Assembly: GCA_002104945.1 (NCBI GenBank)
Contig: MCFH01000059.1
Span: forward strand, 62,001 to 126,000
From: Piromyces finnis finn
Taxonomy: Eukaryota; Fungi; Neocallimastigomycota
DNA length: 64,000 nt
Direction of reading: 5' to 3'
The notes under the pieces are model-generated. The model made no database searches, was not told the DNA's origin, and worked only from the letters and a program-made list of their open reading frames with translations. The position numbers and the translations under genes are program-made. Positions 45,281 through 61,069 of the stretch are shown here, in pieces. How positions within the stretch are numbered: position 1 is the first letter of the stretch; the number at the start of each line of letters is the position of its first letter.

Positions 45281-45979
45281 ATGACAGTCGATACAAGTAA
45301 TTTAGACGTATTATTAAATAATGGGCAATTAAATGAATCTGAGCTTTATGAGAATAAGGGGAAAACATTGATATGTGAAATAATTAAAAATGGAAAAATA
45401 AATGAACTTGAAAATTTTATAAATAAATATAATGTTTCTTTACATAGTTATTCTAGTAATGGCTTTGATATATTAATATATACAATAAAAAATAGTGATT
45501 CAGTAGAAATGATAAATTTTATAATTGAAAAAACACCCTATAAAAATCTTAATTATACAGTAAAAGACAATAATAACACAATTGGTACACCTTTATTTCT
45601 TTCATTGGCTCAAAATAAATTTAAAATTGCGGATTTATTAATGGAAAATGGAGCAGATATAAATATGACATTGTGTTGTAATTTAGATAAAATTCGAGAA
45701 GAAGACGTTTACCTTACTCAAAATCCATATAAATATTATGATGTCATTGCCAATCGTGATTGTTTTACTCATGATTACTCCCGTGAAATTTATAGTAATA
45801 TAATTCAATATTTATGTGAGGTAGATTCACTTACTCAACAAAATTTAGAATATATAAAAAATCATGGCTTTGAAATTAACGCAATACGAACCGGAATTAT
45901 TAAGCAATTAGAAAGAAACAATAAATTTGAATATGCTAAAATGATTTCAAATTTAATTAGTGAACAAGATATTGATTAA
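45281..45979 (+). CDS. Ankyrin-repeat protein, intronless, 232 aa
   Basis: Ankyrin-like units FDILIYTIKNSDSVEMINFII and TPLFLSLAQNKFKIADLLMENGADIN. Confidence 0.85.
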   Translation: MTVDTSNLDVLLNNGQLNESELYENKGKTLICEIIKNGKINELENFINKYNVSLHSYSSNGFDILIYTIKNSDSVEMINFIIEKTPYKNLNYTVKDNNNTIGTPLFLSLAQNKFKIADLLMENGADINMTLCCNLDKIREEDVYLTQNPYKYYDVIANRDCFTHDYSREIYSNIIQYLCEVDSLTQQNLEYIKNHGFEINAIRTGIIKQLERNNKFEYAKMISNLISEQDID

Positions 45980-46758
45980 TATAGAAAGAAGTAATAAATT
46001 AAATTTTTAAATTGTTCTTAGCCGTAGTAGTAACCGCAGTAGTAGTAATGATAATAAACAATAATATAAATTGTACTACTTTTTTTGTACTTATTTTGAT
46101 GTAACACTTTAGCTATTAGGCACAAATAAAAATAAAATAGATTATGAATTTTTTGTAAAAATAGAAATAAAGATACAAATTTTTATTATATAATTTAATA
46201 TCTATGTTTTTATAAAAATAAAAAGCGATAAGAATTAGCGTTCATTTCCCTTCGACTACTATTTCTATTTTAAAAAAACTATTTCCATTATATAAAAAAT
46301 AAAATATATACATTAAATTATTTTTTATGATTTTGACTAATTTATAAAGGTATAATAATGCTATTACAATATAGTTATAATATTATTATGTTCAATACAA
46401 CGTTGAATGTTGAATGGAGTGAAATTGAGCAGAATAAATTGTTTATATTTATTATTAAAAAGATAAAAATTAATATATATCAACTGGAACTTTATTTCTT
46501 TTACTTCCTCTAACAAACTATAAAGCTAATAATACTTTAAAAAAAGTTTATACTTTTATTATTTACATATAATATTTTATTTATAATTATAATTAATATA
46601 CTATTCTATATTTCTTTTTATTGTATTTTTGTATATCTATGAATTCTATATGATATGATAATGATAATATAAAATCATAATGAATTTTAAAATGTTTAAT
46701 GTTTTATTTACTGCAGTTACTACTAAGATTTATAACTTTTTTTTTTATACTATATGAA

Positions 46759-47802
46759 TTATTTTGTGACGTGATAACCTAATTCTTTTATCATTTGTAT
46801 ATCACGCTCAATTGTTATTCCTGATGTTGTTAACATATCTCCTGAAATTAAAGCATTTGCTCCAGATAATAAGCAACTACGTCCTTTATCACTCAATAAT
46901 CCACGACCACCGGCTAATCTAATAAAGACATTAGGATTTATAAAACGATAAATAGCACAGATTCTTCGCATTTCTTCTACACTAAGTACCTTATTATTCT
47001 CAAATGGTGTTCCTGGAATTGGATTAAGCATATTAATAGGAATAGATACTACTCCTAACTCATGAATCATGAAAGCCATATCAATACGATCTTCCCAAGA
47101 CTCACCGAGTCCCATAATACCACCAGAGCAAACTTCTAACCCTTGTTCCTTAGCATACTCAACCGTTTTAATTTTATCTTCTGTAGTATGCGTTGAACAT
47201 ACCTTTTTGAAAAAGTTTCTTGAACTTTCCATGTTATTGTGATAACGAGTTAAGCCTGCAGCTTTTAATTTCTTAAAATCACTTGAATTTAAAAGGCCGC
47301 AGGAAGCACATATCTTTAAATTTGTATTTTCTTTTATTTTCTTCATAGCTTGGCAAAGTTTTCCCACTTCAAACTTTCCAAGTCTACGACCTGAAGTGAC
47401 AGGTGCAAATCTTTGAACACCTCTGGAATCATCTTTTTTGGCTGCAGAGAGCATAGCTTCACTATCTACGAGTGGATATTTATTAACAGCCACTTTATAG
47501 TGTGAAGATTGGGCACAAAATTTACAATTTTCAGAACATTTTCCACTTTTAGCATTTATAATTGTACAAATTTCAAATTCATTTCCACAAAACTTTTGTC
47601 TTATTTCATTTGCCGCTTTACATAACTCTTCAAGATCACTATTAACTAATTTCATAGCTTTACTTTTCGTTATTTCCTGACCATTAATAATATTTTGTTT
47701 CAATTGATTAATAAAAAACTTATTTACCGCTGAACATAATGTTCTTTGAGATATATGATTTAATAATGGATAACAAAATTGAACAGGAATATTTCTAATC
47801 AT
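46759..47802 (-). CDS. bioB: Biotin synthase (radical SAM), intronless, Firmicutes-like, with an N-terminal extension
   Basis: CTIINAKSGKCSENCKFCAQSSHY (CxxxCxxC), YHNNMESS, EVCSGGIMGLGE, IPINMLNPIPGTP, IRLAGGR, and a C-terminal SGANALISGDMLTTSG segment. Confidence 0.97.
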   Translation of the reverse strand: MIRNIPVQFCYPLLNHISQRTLCSAVNKFFINQLKQNIINGQEITKSKAMKLVNSDLEELCKAANEIRQKFCGNEFEICTIINAKSGKCSENCKFCAQSSHYKVAVNKYPLVDSEAMLSAAKKDDSRGVQRFAPVTSGRRLGKFEVGKLCQAMKKIKENTNLKICASCGLLNSSDFKKLKAAGLTRYHNNMESSRNFFKKVCSTHTTEDKIKTVEYAKEQGLEVCSGGIMGLGESWEDRIDMAFMIHELGVVSIPINMLNPIPGTPFENNKVLSVEEMRRICAIYRFINPNVFIRLAGGRGLLSDKGRSCLLSGANALISGDMLTTSGITIERDIQMIKELGYHVTK

Positions 47803-48056
47803 CTTTTCAATTAAATACTCGTATTTTTAACTTTTTTTCTTTTATTTTTAAATAGTGTTACTAATATACAAAGTATTTTTTATTATTTTTTTTCTTGTTT
47901 GTTAATATATCTTTGTTTCTTTTGTTTCTTCCATTTACTTTTACATTTTAGTTTTTTTGTTAAACTAATAATTATTTTATTATTTTATTATTAATTATCC
48001 AATCAAACATAATATTTAGATATTAATTTCTTTACCAAAAACATTCACCCCACAAC

Positions 48057-48059
48057 TAT

Positions 48060-48124
<65 letters not shown>
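48057..48124. repeat. (TATT)n microsatellite in the divergent bioB / WD40 intergenic region
   Basis: Directly visible. Confidence 0.95.
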
Positions 48125-48127
<3 letters not shown>

Positions 48128-48641
48128 TCATAAAATTATAATGTATCTTTTAAAAAAAAAATAAAAAAGAGTATAAAATATATGATTATTTATTATTAAA
48201 TGTTTGTTTGTATTATCATAAGCATTCAACCATATTAGTAAAATATATATTACACATTTATTACTTCTGCATAACATTTTATAATTATTTTAAAAATTAC
48301 TACAACCAAGTTTTTCTTTAAAGAAAATTAATGCGTTTATGAATCTTATGAATGAAATAGTTCCTACATTCGTATACATTTTGTTTACATAAAGATTTAA
48401 AAAAATTTTATATTTTAAAGTTTAAAAAATATAAATTAAAAATTATATTTTAATTAATTTTAATTAAATTGAAAAAAAAATGTTTTTTTTTTTTTGTTTT
48501 TGTTTTTTTTATTTTATAGTTTATAGGATTGAAGTTTGCTGCATGTAATACTTTACAAAGAAAAAAAAAACTATAATAATAAATATATATATAATAGATT
48601 TAGAAAACTTATAAATATTATTAAATATAAAGTAATTAAAA

Positions 48642-51218
48642 ATGGCTATGGAATATCGTATTAGTATTAATGAAGCACATTTAACACCAATTACAGCAAT
48701 TGAATTCAACCCATTTAGAAGAGAAATATATACAGGAGCAGAAGGTATTTTAAAATAATTTCATTAATAATGAAAAGAGAAACCATTTAAAATTAATATA
48801 ATTAAGAAACATGATGTCACTCCATTAACTTAAAATATAATTAATATATTTTATTAGATGGATCAATAAGAATATGGGAACTAGATTCTGGGAAATTACT
48901 ATATAACTTTAATGAACATAGTGGTTTTGTAACTCAATTGTTATACTGGTAAACCTATATTAATATTTGAACTCAATTATAATAAATGGTTTTTTTCAAA
49001 TTATTAAAATTGGATAAAATAATATTTTATTTATACAGTAGAGAATTAAAAGTATTATTCTCAGTATCCATAGATGGTCAAATTATTGTCTGGGGACCAA
49101 CAAATAAACCAATGCAAAAAATAAGTGTAATTTACAACATTTTTTTTTTAAAAAACTTCTAATAATGAAAGAAAAAAAGAAAAAACTAAAAAAAATTTAA
49201 ATAAAAATTATTTAAAAAAAATTATATCATTTAAAGACAAGGGAACCAATATACTGTCTTGAATACAATAGTCGAAGACAACAATTATTATGTGGATATA
49301 AAGGACGTGTTAGAGCATTCCATGTTTATAGTCCAGAAGAAGGACATAATACAGAAGTAATTGAAAGAAAAGCTATTAGTTGTTGTGAACATACAGATAT
49401 AGTAAGTTGTATTATAACATGTGAAGGAAGATTTTATTCTGCTGGGTAAATACTTAAAATATATATATAAATACATTAAATAATAATATAATTACATATA
49501 AGAAAAAAAAAAAAAAGGAAAAATTCTTATAAAATTCAAATTTTATAAAAAAAAAAGATATGATAGAAAAATTGTTATATATGATACACCACATCATGGA
49601 AAAATAAAACTAAAAGTTATTCATACAGTACATAATGCACATGAAGCTGCTATTTCCTGTATGATCTATGGTAAAAACTCTGATAACAGTTGGTAATATA
49701 CGTTAAATATATTTTCTCTTATAATATTATTAATTCATATTATTTAAAGAAAAATATTAATAAAAAATTAAAGAAATATATATATATGCAATATGCAAGT
49801 ATATTTTATTAATTAAAACCATAATATATATATAATAATAATACTGATATAATAGGATTATTACAGGTTCATTTGATAGAACAGTTAAATTATGGTCACT
49901 TGATGGAAATTTGCTTCAAAATTTTGATGGTTTTAAGTATTATATCTTTTCCATTTTTATTTATTTATGCTATTATATATCTTTTGATAATATTTAAAAA
50001 AAAAAAAAATATTAATATATTTTTTATTAAAAGTAATACAATTACCTCCGTATGTCACGTACCACCAACACAAACATTATGGCTTTCAGCAAATTCACCT
50101 ACACCAATTATATGGGATCCAAAAGGGGGAATTAATGTAAAAAAAAAAAAAAATAACAATATTACATTGAATCTATATTTCGTTTATATATATAATAATT
50201 AAATAAAATAATGGTTCATATAGGTATCAGATTTTGTTACTACTTCTCTTCCACCATTTATAGGACATATAAAAAAATTATTTTATGTACCAGAAGGAAA
50301 TCAGATATTTGGTACAACAAATAATCGATCAATTATAATATGGAAATATAATCCAGCAGCAAGTTCATCTACTTTAAAGGGACATAGTGATATTATTGAA
50401 ACTTTAACATTCAGTAGGTTAAATTTTGTATAAATATTGAAATTAATAATTTTAGAGTATTAATATTAATTTATTATTATTAATATAATAATAATAATAA
50501 AAGCTGAAAAAGAACCATTATTAATTTTTAGTGGTGGAGCATATAGCGAAATTCAAAGGTGGGAAAGGCTTCAATTAAATTCCTTTATGTATAGGTATTT
50601 CTTTTATATTACAAAAAGATATATATATGTGATTTTTTTTTTTATTTTTTTATCTCATAATATGATATAAAAGAAAAATGAATAATTTATTTTTATTATA
50701 ATAATAATAAATTTATATAATTTCTATACTTTTACATATTTCAATAAAAGTCATGATACTGTTTGTTTCTTAAAAGATATAGAAAATATAAAGACATCAA
50801 ATAAAGAGGATAAAAGAAAAAAACTAGAAAAACCTAAACTCAAAAGTATTCGAAGAAGATATTCACAAATAATGAACACAATGCCTAGTTCAAACTATTC
50901 TGGAAGTAAATCATTAAATAATTTGGAAATGATGATGTTACCTTTGGATATTGGTGATATGGAATTAAATAAAAATTTGGTAGATGAACCAACAAATAAA
51001 AGTAATAAAAAAAAGCAACTTAAAATAAAGCCAAGTTGTTTAAAACTTATCTATGAAGAAAATTTTGATTATTTGATATCAGGATATGAAGATTCCAGAA
51101 TTAGTAAAATATATAAATTTTTTTTTTAACCTTTTTAAATATTTTTTAAAAAATATTAATTTATATCTATTATTAAAATTATATAAAAATATTAATACAT
51201 AAATAATTATATTAATAA

Positions 51219-51254
<36 letters not shown>

Positions 51255-51607
51255 GTTTGGGGTTATAATGATGAAGTATTAAAAATCCCAATACCTGAAA
51301 AGGATAAATCAAAAAATGGTACCTTGGCAACAATTCCAAATGTATCAGATACAGGTAACAGTGATAGTGTTACAAATAGAGTATCTGGTCTCTCAATTAA
51401 ATATGTTTTTGAAAGACATAAATCAAGTATATCAGGATTAGTTTCATTTTGTTTAGATAATACCTATTGGCTTGTAAATAAACATAGGCATATATATATT
51501 AATATAATTCTTTATTTTTTTTTTTCTTTAAATAAATATATGTATTATTAATTTTTATACAACATTAATATATATTCCAATTATTTTAAATATTATATAT
51601 ACATTTA

Positions 51608-51674
<67 letters not shown>

Positions 51675-52505
51675 ATAATATAATAATAATTTAGATAAGT
51701 TCTGGATTTGATAGAAGAATATGTGTCTGGAATTTATCTACAGGAAAATTCCAAGATGTTTTAAGAATTGCTGGACAACCAAAAGATAAAGAAGAATTAG
51801 CTGCAGATGACATTATTACTGATATTGATTATAATCCAAATAGAAAAGAATATGCTTATGCCTCAGCTGATAGAATGATCTATCTTAGAAAATTTTCACC
51901 AAAAGGAGATGAAATGCCACTTCAAGCAGTAATGCAAGGACATGAAGAAGAAGTTCGTCAAGTAAGTATTATAAAAAAAAACATTACACATATATATATA
52001 AATATTCTATTTTTGTTTTTTATTAATATTATAGGATATTAATTAAAAATATTATTTAATTTTCTTCTCTATATAATAAGATTAAATGGAATAATACCTA
52101 TAAAATATGGGTTTCTGGATCGGATGATAGAACAATCAGAATATGGGTAAAATTTATTTTAAAAAAAAAACTATAATATAAATATATTAACTAAATTTTA
52201 AATTATTATTCTTAATTAATAATAATTAAATGAAATTCTATAACATTTAGCCTGAAACTGGTATTCCTTGTTTAAAAGTTATAAATAATATTGGTATTGT
52301 TACAACCCTTTGTATGGATGTTGTTAATGGATGTATTATTTCAGGGGCAAATGATCATATTATAAGAATTTATGATCCTGCAAAGGGGTATGAAAATGTT
52401 CAAAAGCATTGTGGTCATCAAGATGAAGTTAAATCTATAATTCATATTCCAACTAGAAATCAAGTATGTGTTTTTTTTTTTACATATTCATTTCTTATTA
52501 TAATT

Positions 52506-52541
<36 letters not shown>

Positions 52542-53174
52542 AAAATAAAATATTAAATAAACATTTTTTGAAAATAAAATAAAAATGTTTCAATTATATT
52601 AAGTATATTTCAGCATCATGGGATGGAACAATAAGAGGTATTTTATCCTATATAAAATTAAAAAAATTTAAAAAAAAAAAAAATATTTATTTACCTTTTT
52701 TTTTTATTATTTATTTAAATATTCTAGTATGGAATGCCTATATTCAAAAATGTAAGTTTATTTATATACTATAGTATTATTTTAAGTAAATCTAAAATAT
52801 ATATATACGTATGTGTAGATGTATCTATTGAAATAAATAATGACTAAAATATATAATAATTTCCTATTTAAAAAAAAACAATAGCTCGTATTTCTCTAAA
52901 TCAACCACAAAAAAATATTGAAGGAATTAATAGTTTTGATGTTAATGATGATGTAAGAACAAAAAAAATTTTTTTTTTTAATTACGTTTTTAATATTATA
53001 TAATAAAAATACCAAACATTTTTATTTATATATAATTTTATTATTATATAATATTTTTAGTATATCTACGGAATAAATAATGATGACTTTTCATTAAAAA
53101 AGAACAGTTCATTAACTCTGTCACAAAACCCATTTAATATTGGTTTTACTAACGGAAATGATGAGGAAAATTGA
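48642..53174 (+). CDS. Large multi-exon WD40-repeat protein (two propeller-like clusters separated by a charged linker)
   Basis: ATG 48642 MAMEYRISINEAHLTPITAIEFNP..IYTGAE-DGSIRIWE; AHEAAISCMIY..ITGSFDRTVKLWS; GHSDIIETLTF; GHEEEVRQ-IKWN..WVSGSDDRTIRIW; GANDHIIRIYD..GHQDEVKSII; ISASWDGTIR. Stop TGA 53172-53174. Ortholog not identified. Confidence 0.85.
51608..51690. repeat. (TAT)n/(AAT)n microsatellite in a WD40-gene intron
   Basis: Directly visible. Confidence 0.9.
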
Positions 53175-53426
53175 AATAATATGCAAAATTTTGAAATTTC
53201 ATGATATTTGTATAGAATTATAGATACTTTTTTTCTTATTCAATATTAATTTAAATATATATATATATATATTCATTCCTTAAATATTTATATATAATTA
53301 ATAAAATTTTAATATTAATTAATTCATAATAATAAAAATCTATATCAATACCAAAAAAATTATTATCATTATAATTTAATTATTTTTATATTTGAATTAA
53401 TTTTACTTTATTATCTTTTATTTCAT

Positions 53427-53457
<31 letters not shown>

Positions 53458-53636
53458 TTATTTAATGTTTGCGCATTATATTTTTATTTTGGATGGAGCT
53501 ATTTTTACAGCATTTTTGTAAATATTATAATATTATTAAATATATTTGACATCATTTAGATTTATACCAAATATTATTATAATTATCATGGATTTTATTA
53601 CAATTAATTCAATCTCATGAAATGTTGTTAATATAT

Positions 53637-56773
<3,137 letters not shown>

Positions 56774-57883
56774 TTTTATTTAATTGAATTTATTTTCTTT
56801 TTTTCTTATAAAATTTTTTAAAAAGAAAAAATATTCCAAAATAAAAAATAAAAAATAAAATGATAAAAAAAAAAATAACCTTTAATAAAAAAGTTAAATT
56901 TAATAATATTTAAACTTTTACATTAATTAAAATGAATATTTAATATTAATTATGTATTTAAAATTAAATTAAAATGGATGAAACACATAAATACAAAAAA
57001 TTAAAAAAAAAAAAAAAACATTTACATAATAATAAAAATAAAATTAAAGAATTCATCACTTTAAAGATTTTTTTTTAAAAGGTGGGTTTTCAACAAAATG
57101 GTTTCATTTACTATTATTATAAAATATAATAATAAAATTTAATAAAACCCTCTCTAGTTTTTTTTTTTTTTTTTTTTTTTAATTTTCATTTATTTACTTT
57201 TATTTTTTTTAATTTGGTTATTTTTTAAAAAAAAAATTAAAAAAAATATATATTATATATATAAATATAAATACTTTTAGAATTGAAATCATAAAATTTT
57301 AATATTTGTTAATACTTCATATATTTATAAATTTATATGACTTTGAAAAAAAAAAAATTGATTTTTAGTTTTTTTTTTAGATTTGATATTTTGTTAGTTT
57401 GTTAGTATTTTCATTGTTAATTGTTAATTTATGTTTATAATAATAATAAAAAAAATGGATTGCTTATAACAATAAAAAGATATTAAATATTTAAAATTTT
57501 TATATTATTAAAATATTAATTTTCTCTTCATTGCCTTTCTTTTTTTTTTTACAATATTTTATACGATCTATATAATAAAAACATAAATTAATTTGTTATT
57601 CGTATTTCTTTTTTCTTTTTTTTTTTTTTTTTTTTTTTGTTTTTGTTTTTTTTTTTTTTTTTTGCCTTTTTTTATTTTGTTTTGTTTTCGAGGAATTGTC
57701 TTTAAAAATTAAATTCTATTAATAATTTTGCTTAGGTGCATTTTTTATATATATTTAATTTACTTTAGTTCGTTTTTTTTTTTAATATTTTTATTTCTAT
57801 CTTATATTCTGTATTCTTTTATTTATGTTTTATTGAATTGTTGTCATATTAAAATTCTCGCAATTGATTGAATTCTTTGGAAT

Positions 57884-60800
57884 TTACTTGAAGAATTTTC
57901 TTCCCTTCTTTTCTGGTGTACCTGGTCTTCCACCTCTTTCAGCTTGACGTCTTCTTTCTTGTAAGTTAATTCTATCTAATTCTAATTTTTCCTTCATTTC
58001 CTTGTATTTTGTTAATAACTATTTGTATTATATTATTTATTAATAAAAGAATTGTATATTAATTAAAAATGTATTATAACATTTCATATTTTATTTTTAT
58101 CTATAAAAAAGCTTACATCATCTTCAGATTGCTTTAACTTTGTTTCCTTTTCATGAACCTTTTGGTCGAAGACTGCCTTCATTTCAGCTTCCATCTTCTT
58201 CATCTTTAATTCATGCTTCTTTCTTTCTTCATCAAGTTGAGATAATGGACTGTAATAATATTAATTAAAATTGATTAAAATTATATTATTATTATTATTA
58301 TTATTGCATTAATGAGAATAATTTTATTAGAAAAAAAAAAAAAGTATCATTAAATTACTTTAAGGCATCAGAAGAATCAGCAACTTCAGATGAAATTAAC
58401 TTTTGAGAACGGTATTTTTCATATAATACTTCGTTGGTGTATTCCTTTAATTCTTCCATATGAGTTCTTTATTAATTAAAAATGAATGTACAATTAATTG
58501 TTAATACTTTAAATACCTATAAAAAAATTTATTAACAGTTTATTACTATAATAATTCTACCTAATAAGCATTTGACGAAGCTTAACGAAATCACAGTGAT
58601 CTGGGTTATCAACTTCAATAATACCCCATGGGTACTTTCTACCACGAACGTTCTTGTTACCAACCTTGAATGGCTTGTCACTACCGACAACACAGAATGG
58701 CATAGATAACTATATATATTTAAATTTTTATTAAAAAAAAAAGATAGTTATTTAGTTTCAATTCATATAATTTTATGATCATTTTGTTATCTATCTTATC
58801 CAAAAAAATCTGTAAAAAGTTTTTATTTAATATTTTTCTATTATTAACGCAATAATGTTAATTTATACTTACAATAATTTCTTTGTTTTCTTGGATAGTT
58901 TCAGCATCATCATTATCATAAATTGGTGGTTGGTAAATTTGAATGTTATGGTAAGCAATATCTTCTAAGATCTATTTATTTTTTACCAATTTTTAAAATT
59001 AACATTAATTCGAAAAATTTATATATATTTCCTTAATATATAAATGATGCATACTCTAGCCTTGAAATCCTTAATTTCTTCATCACTTAAAATATCAGAT
59101 TTAGCAATGACTGGAATAAGGTTAACACGATGATGTAATCTAGACATGAATTCAATATCAATTGGTCTTAAACTGTATTTTCATAAAAAAAATTTATATT
59201 AAATTCAATTCTTTAATAAAATTTTAAAAACTAGAACAAAATTTATATTATAATTAAAATTTACCAGTGACCAGTTGGTGGAATAAAGTAGATACAAGCA
59301 TGAACACGAGTATCAATAAGTCTCTTTCTGTTAACACGGTTTTCTTGTTCAAGGTAAGCATCAAAACGAGCTTCAATATTTTCTAAAATTGGTTGCCAAC
59401 TATTTTCATTGTTAACGTAATCACCAAAACCTGGAGTATCAATAATGGTTAACTTTAACTTAACACCATTTTCTTCGATATCTGTATTTTATTTCCATGA
59501 TTAATGAATATAAATTATAACATTACTATTTAATATATTTTACAATTAATGACAATGATAGTAATTTAATGAAAAAAAAAATTACCGGCAGTAATAGTTT
59601 GGATATCAACAGTCTTTGGAGTTTCAGTGGTAAGTTCTTTTACTTCTTTGTTTGGGAAGATAGAAGTATTGAATAGAGTATTGATTAAAGTAGATTTACC
59701 TAAACCAGATTCACCTATATTTTTAAAATAATTATTTATTCATAAGTAACTTTCAACTAGTAATATCATTAACATTAATTTTATTCATTATAAAAGTATT
59801 GATTCATACCAACTACCATAACAGTAAATTGGAAACCTTTCTTAATAGACTTGTTGTGAACTTGTCTTGGTAAATTTGAGAAACCAACAAAACCTTTAAG
59901 TTGTCTTTTTATTATACCTTGATCAACCTTTATAAAAATGTTTAAATATTTTTGTTATTTTTTTTGTTATTAAAGAATGTATAAAGTGTATATTAATTTT
60001 GTTTGTTTGTTTGTTTTAAATTTTTATTTAAATTTAATTATTATTAAATCGATGTTTTTACTTTATATATTATAATTTTTTTATCTTTTTTTATTTAACT
60101 TGATATTCTTTATATTTTTTAAAAAAATATGAGATTTCTTTTATTATTACTATTGTTATCATTATTATTGTTATTAGGTTATATGTAATATTATATTATT
60201 AAAAAAAAAAGTTTTTTTTTTATTTGATACTTACGACTGGATTTTCTGTTTATTATTTATTATAAACAAAATATATGGTTGACAATTTTTTATTACATTT
60301 TTAATAAGGATTTTAGATTTGATATTAAAATTTCGATTATTAGTATTATAGTATTATTAAAAATAAATATTTTATTATTAAGTAGTTTCTTTTTTATAAA
60401 GTAAAAAAAAAATAAGAATCATATAATCCATTCAATATAATGTAATATAAAAATCAAATAAAATATTCATCTTTTATTATTGAGTTTGAAAGTAAATTAA
60501 ATGCTGACAATGATATAATGATATTTATATATAAATTGTTATTTAAAAATATCTGATATAATTTTCTTATAACCGAATTTCATATGATAAAGTAATTTTA
60601 TTCTAAATGTTATTACCTTATTGATTATTTTATTGTTACTTATTTTTGTTTATTTATTATTCTTTTTACTTTTGTTCTATACTGTTTTTATTATTTAAAA
60701 AAAAAAGAGTAATATTTTACATATTATACTTTGGCCCACTTTAAAATATTTTTATTTATTATTTATCAAAAACATTTATGTTCCTTCCTTATTACATCGA

Positions 60801-61069
60801 AAAAAAAAAAAATATTATTGCTTATTCTTCCAATTAATATAATTTAAAATTTTTGTTTACATTTTATTTATTTAAAAAGTTGTTTATACTTTTTGATTTC
60901 CAATAATGTTTTTATACTCTTCCTAAAGAAAATATAAAGGTTGTTTATTTTTTTGTTTTGTTTTGTTTTGTTCTATACTGTTGTTATTATTTCACTTTTC
61001 GTTAATATTTATTTACATTATATTGATTGATTTAATATAATTCCTATTTTCTTTAATCCACTTACCCAT
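57884..61069 (-). CDS. CDC3: Septin, Cdc3/AspB type, multi-exon with two 5' micro-exons
   Basis: [43 protein letters not shown] (G1), IIDTPGFGD (G3), IAKSD (G4), RGRKYPWG, and coiled coil [25 protein letters not shown] typical of Cdc3. Stop at 57884; start inferred at 61069. Confidence 0.92.
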
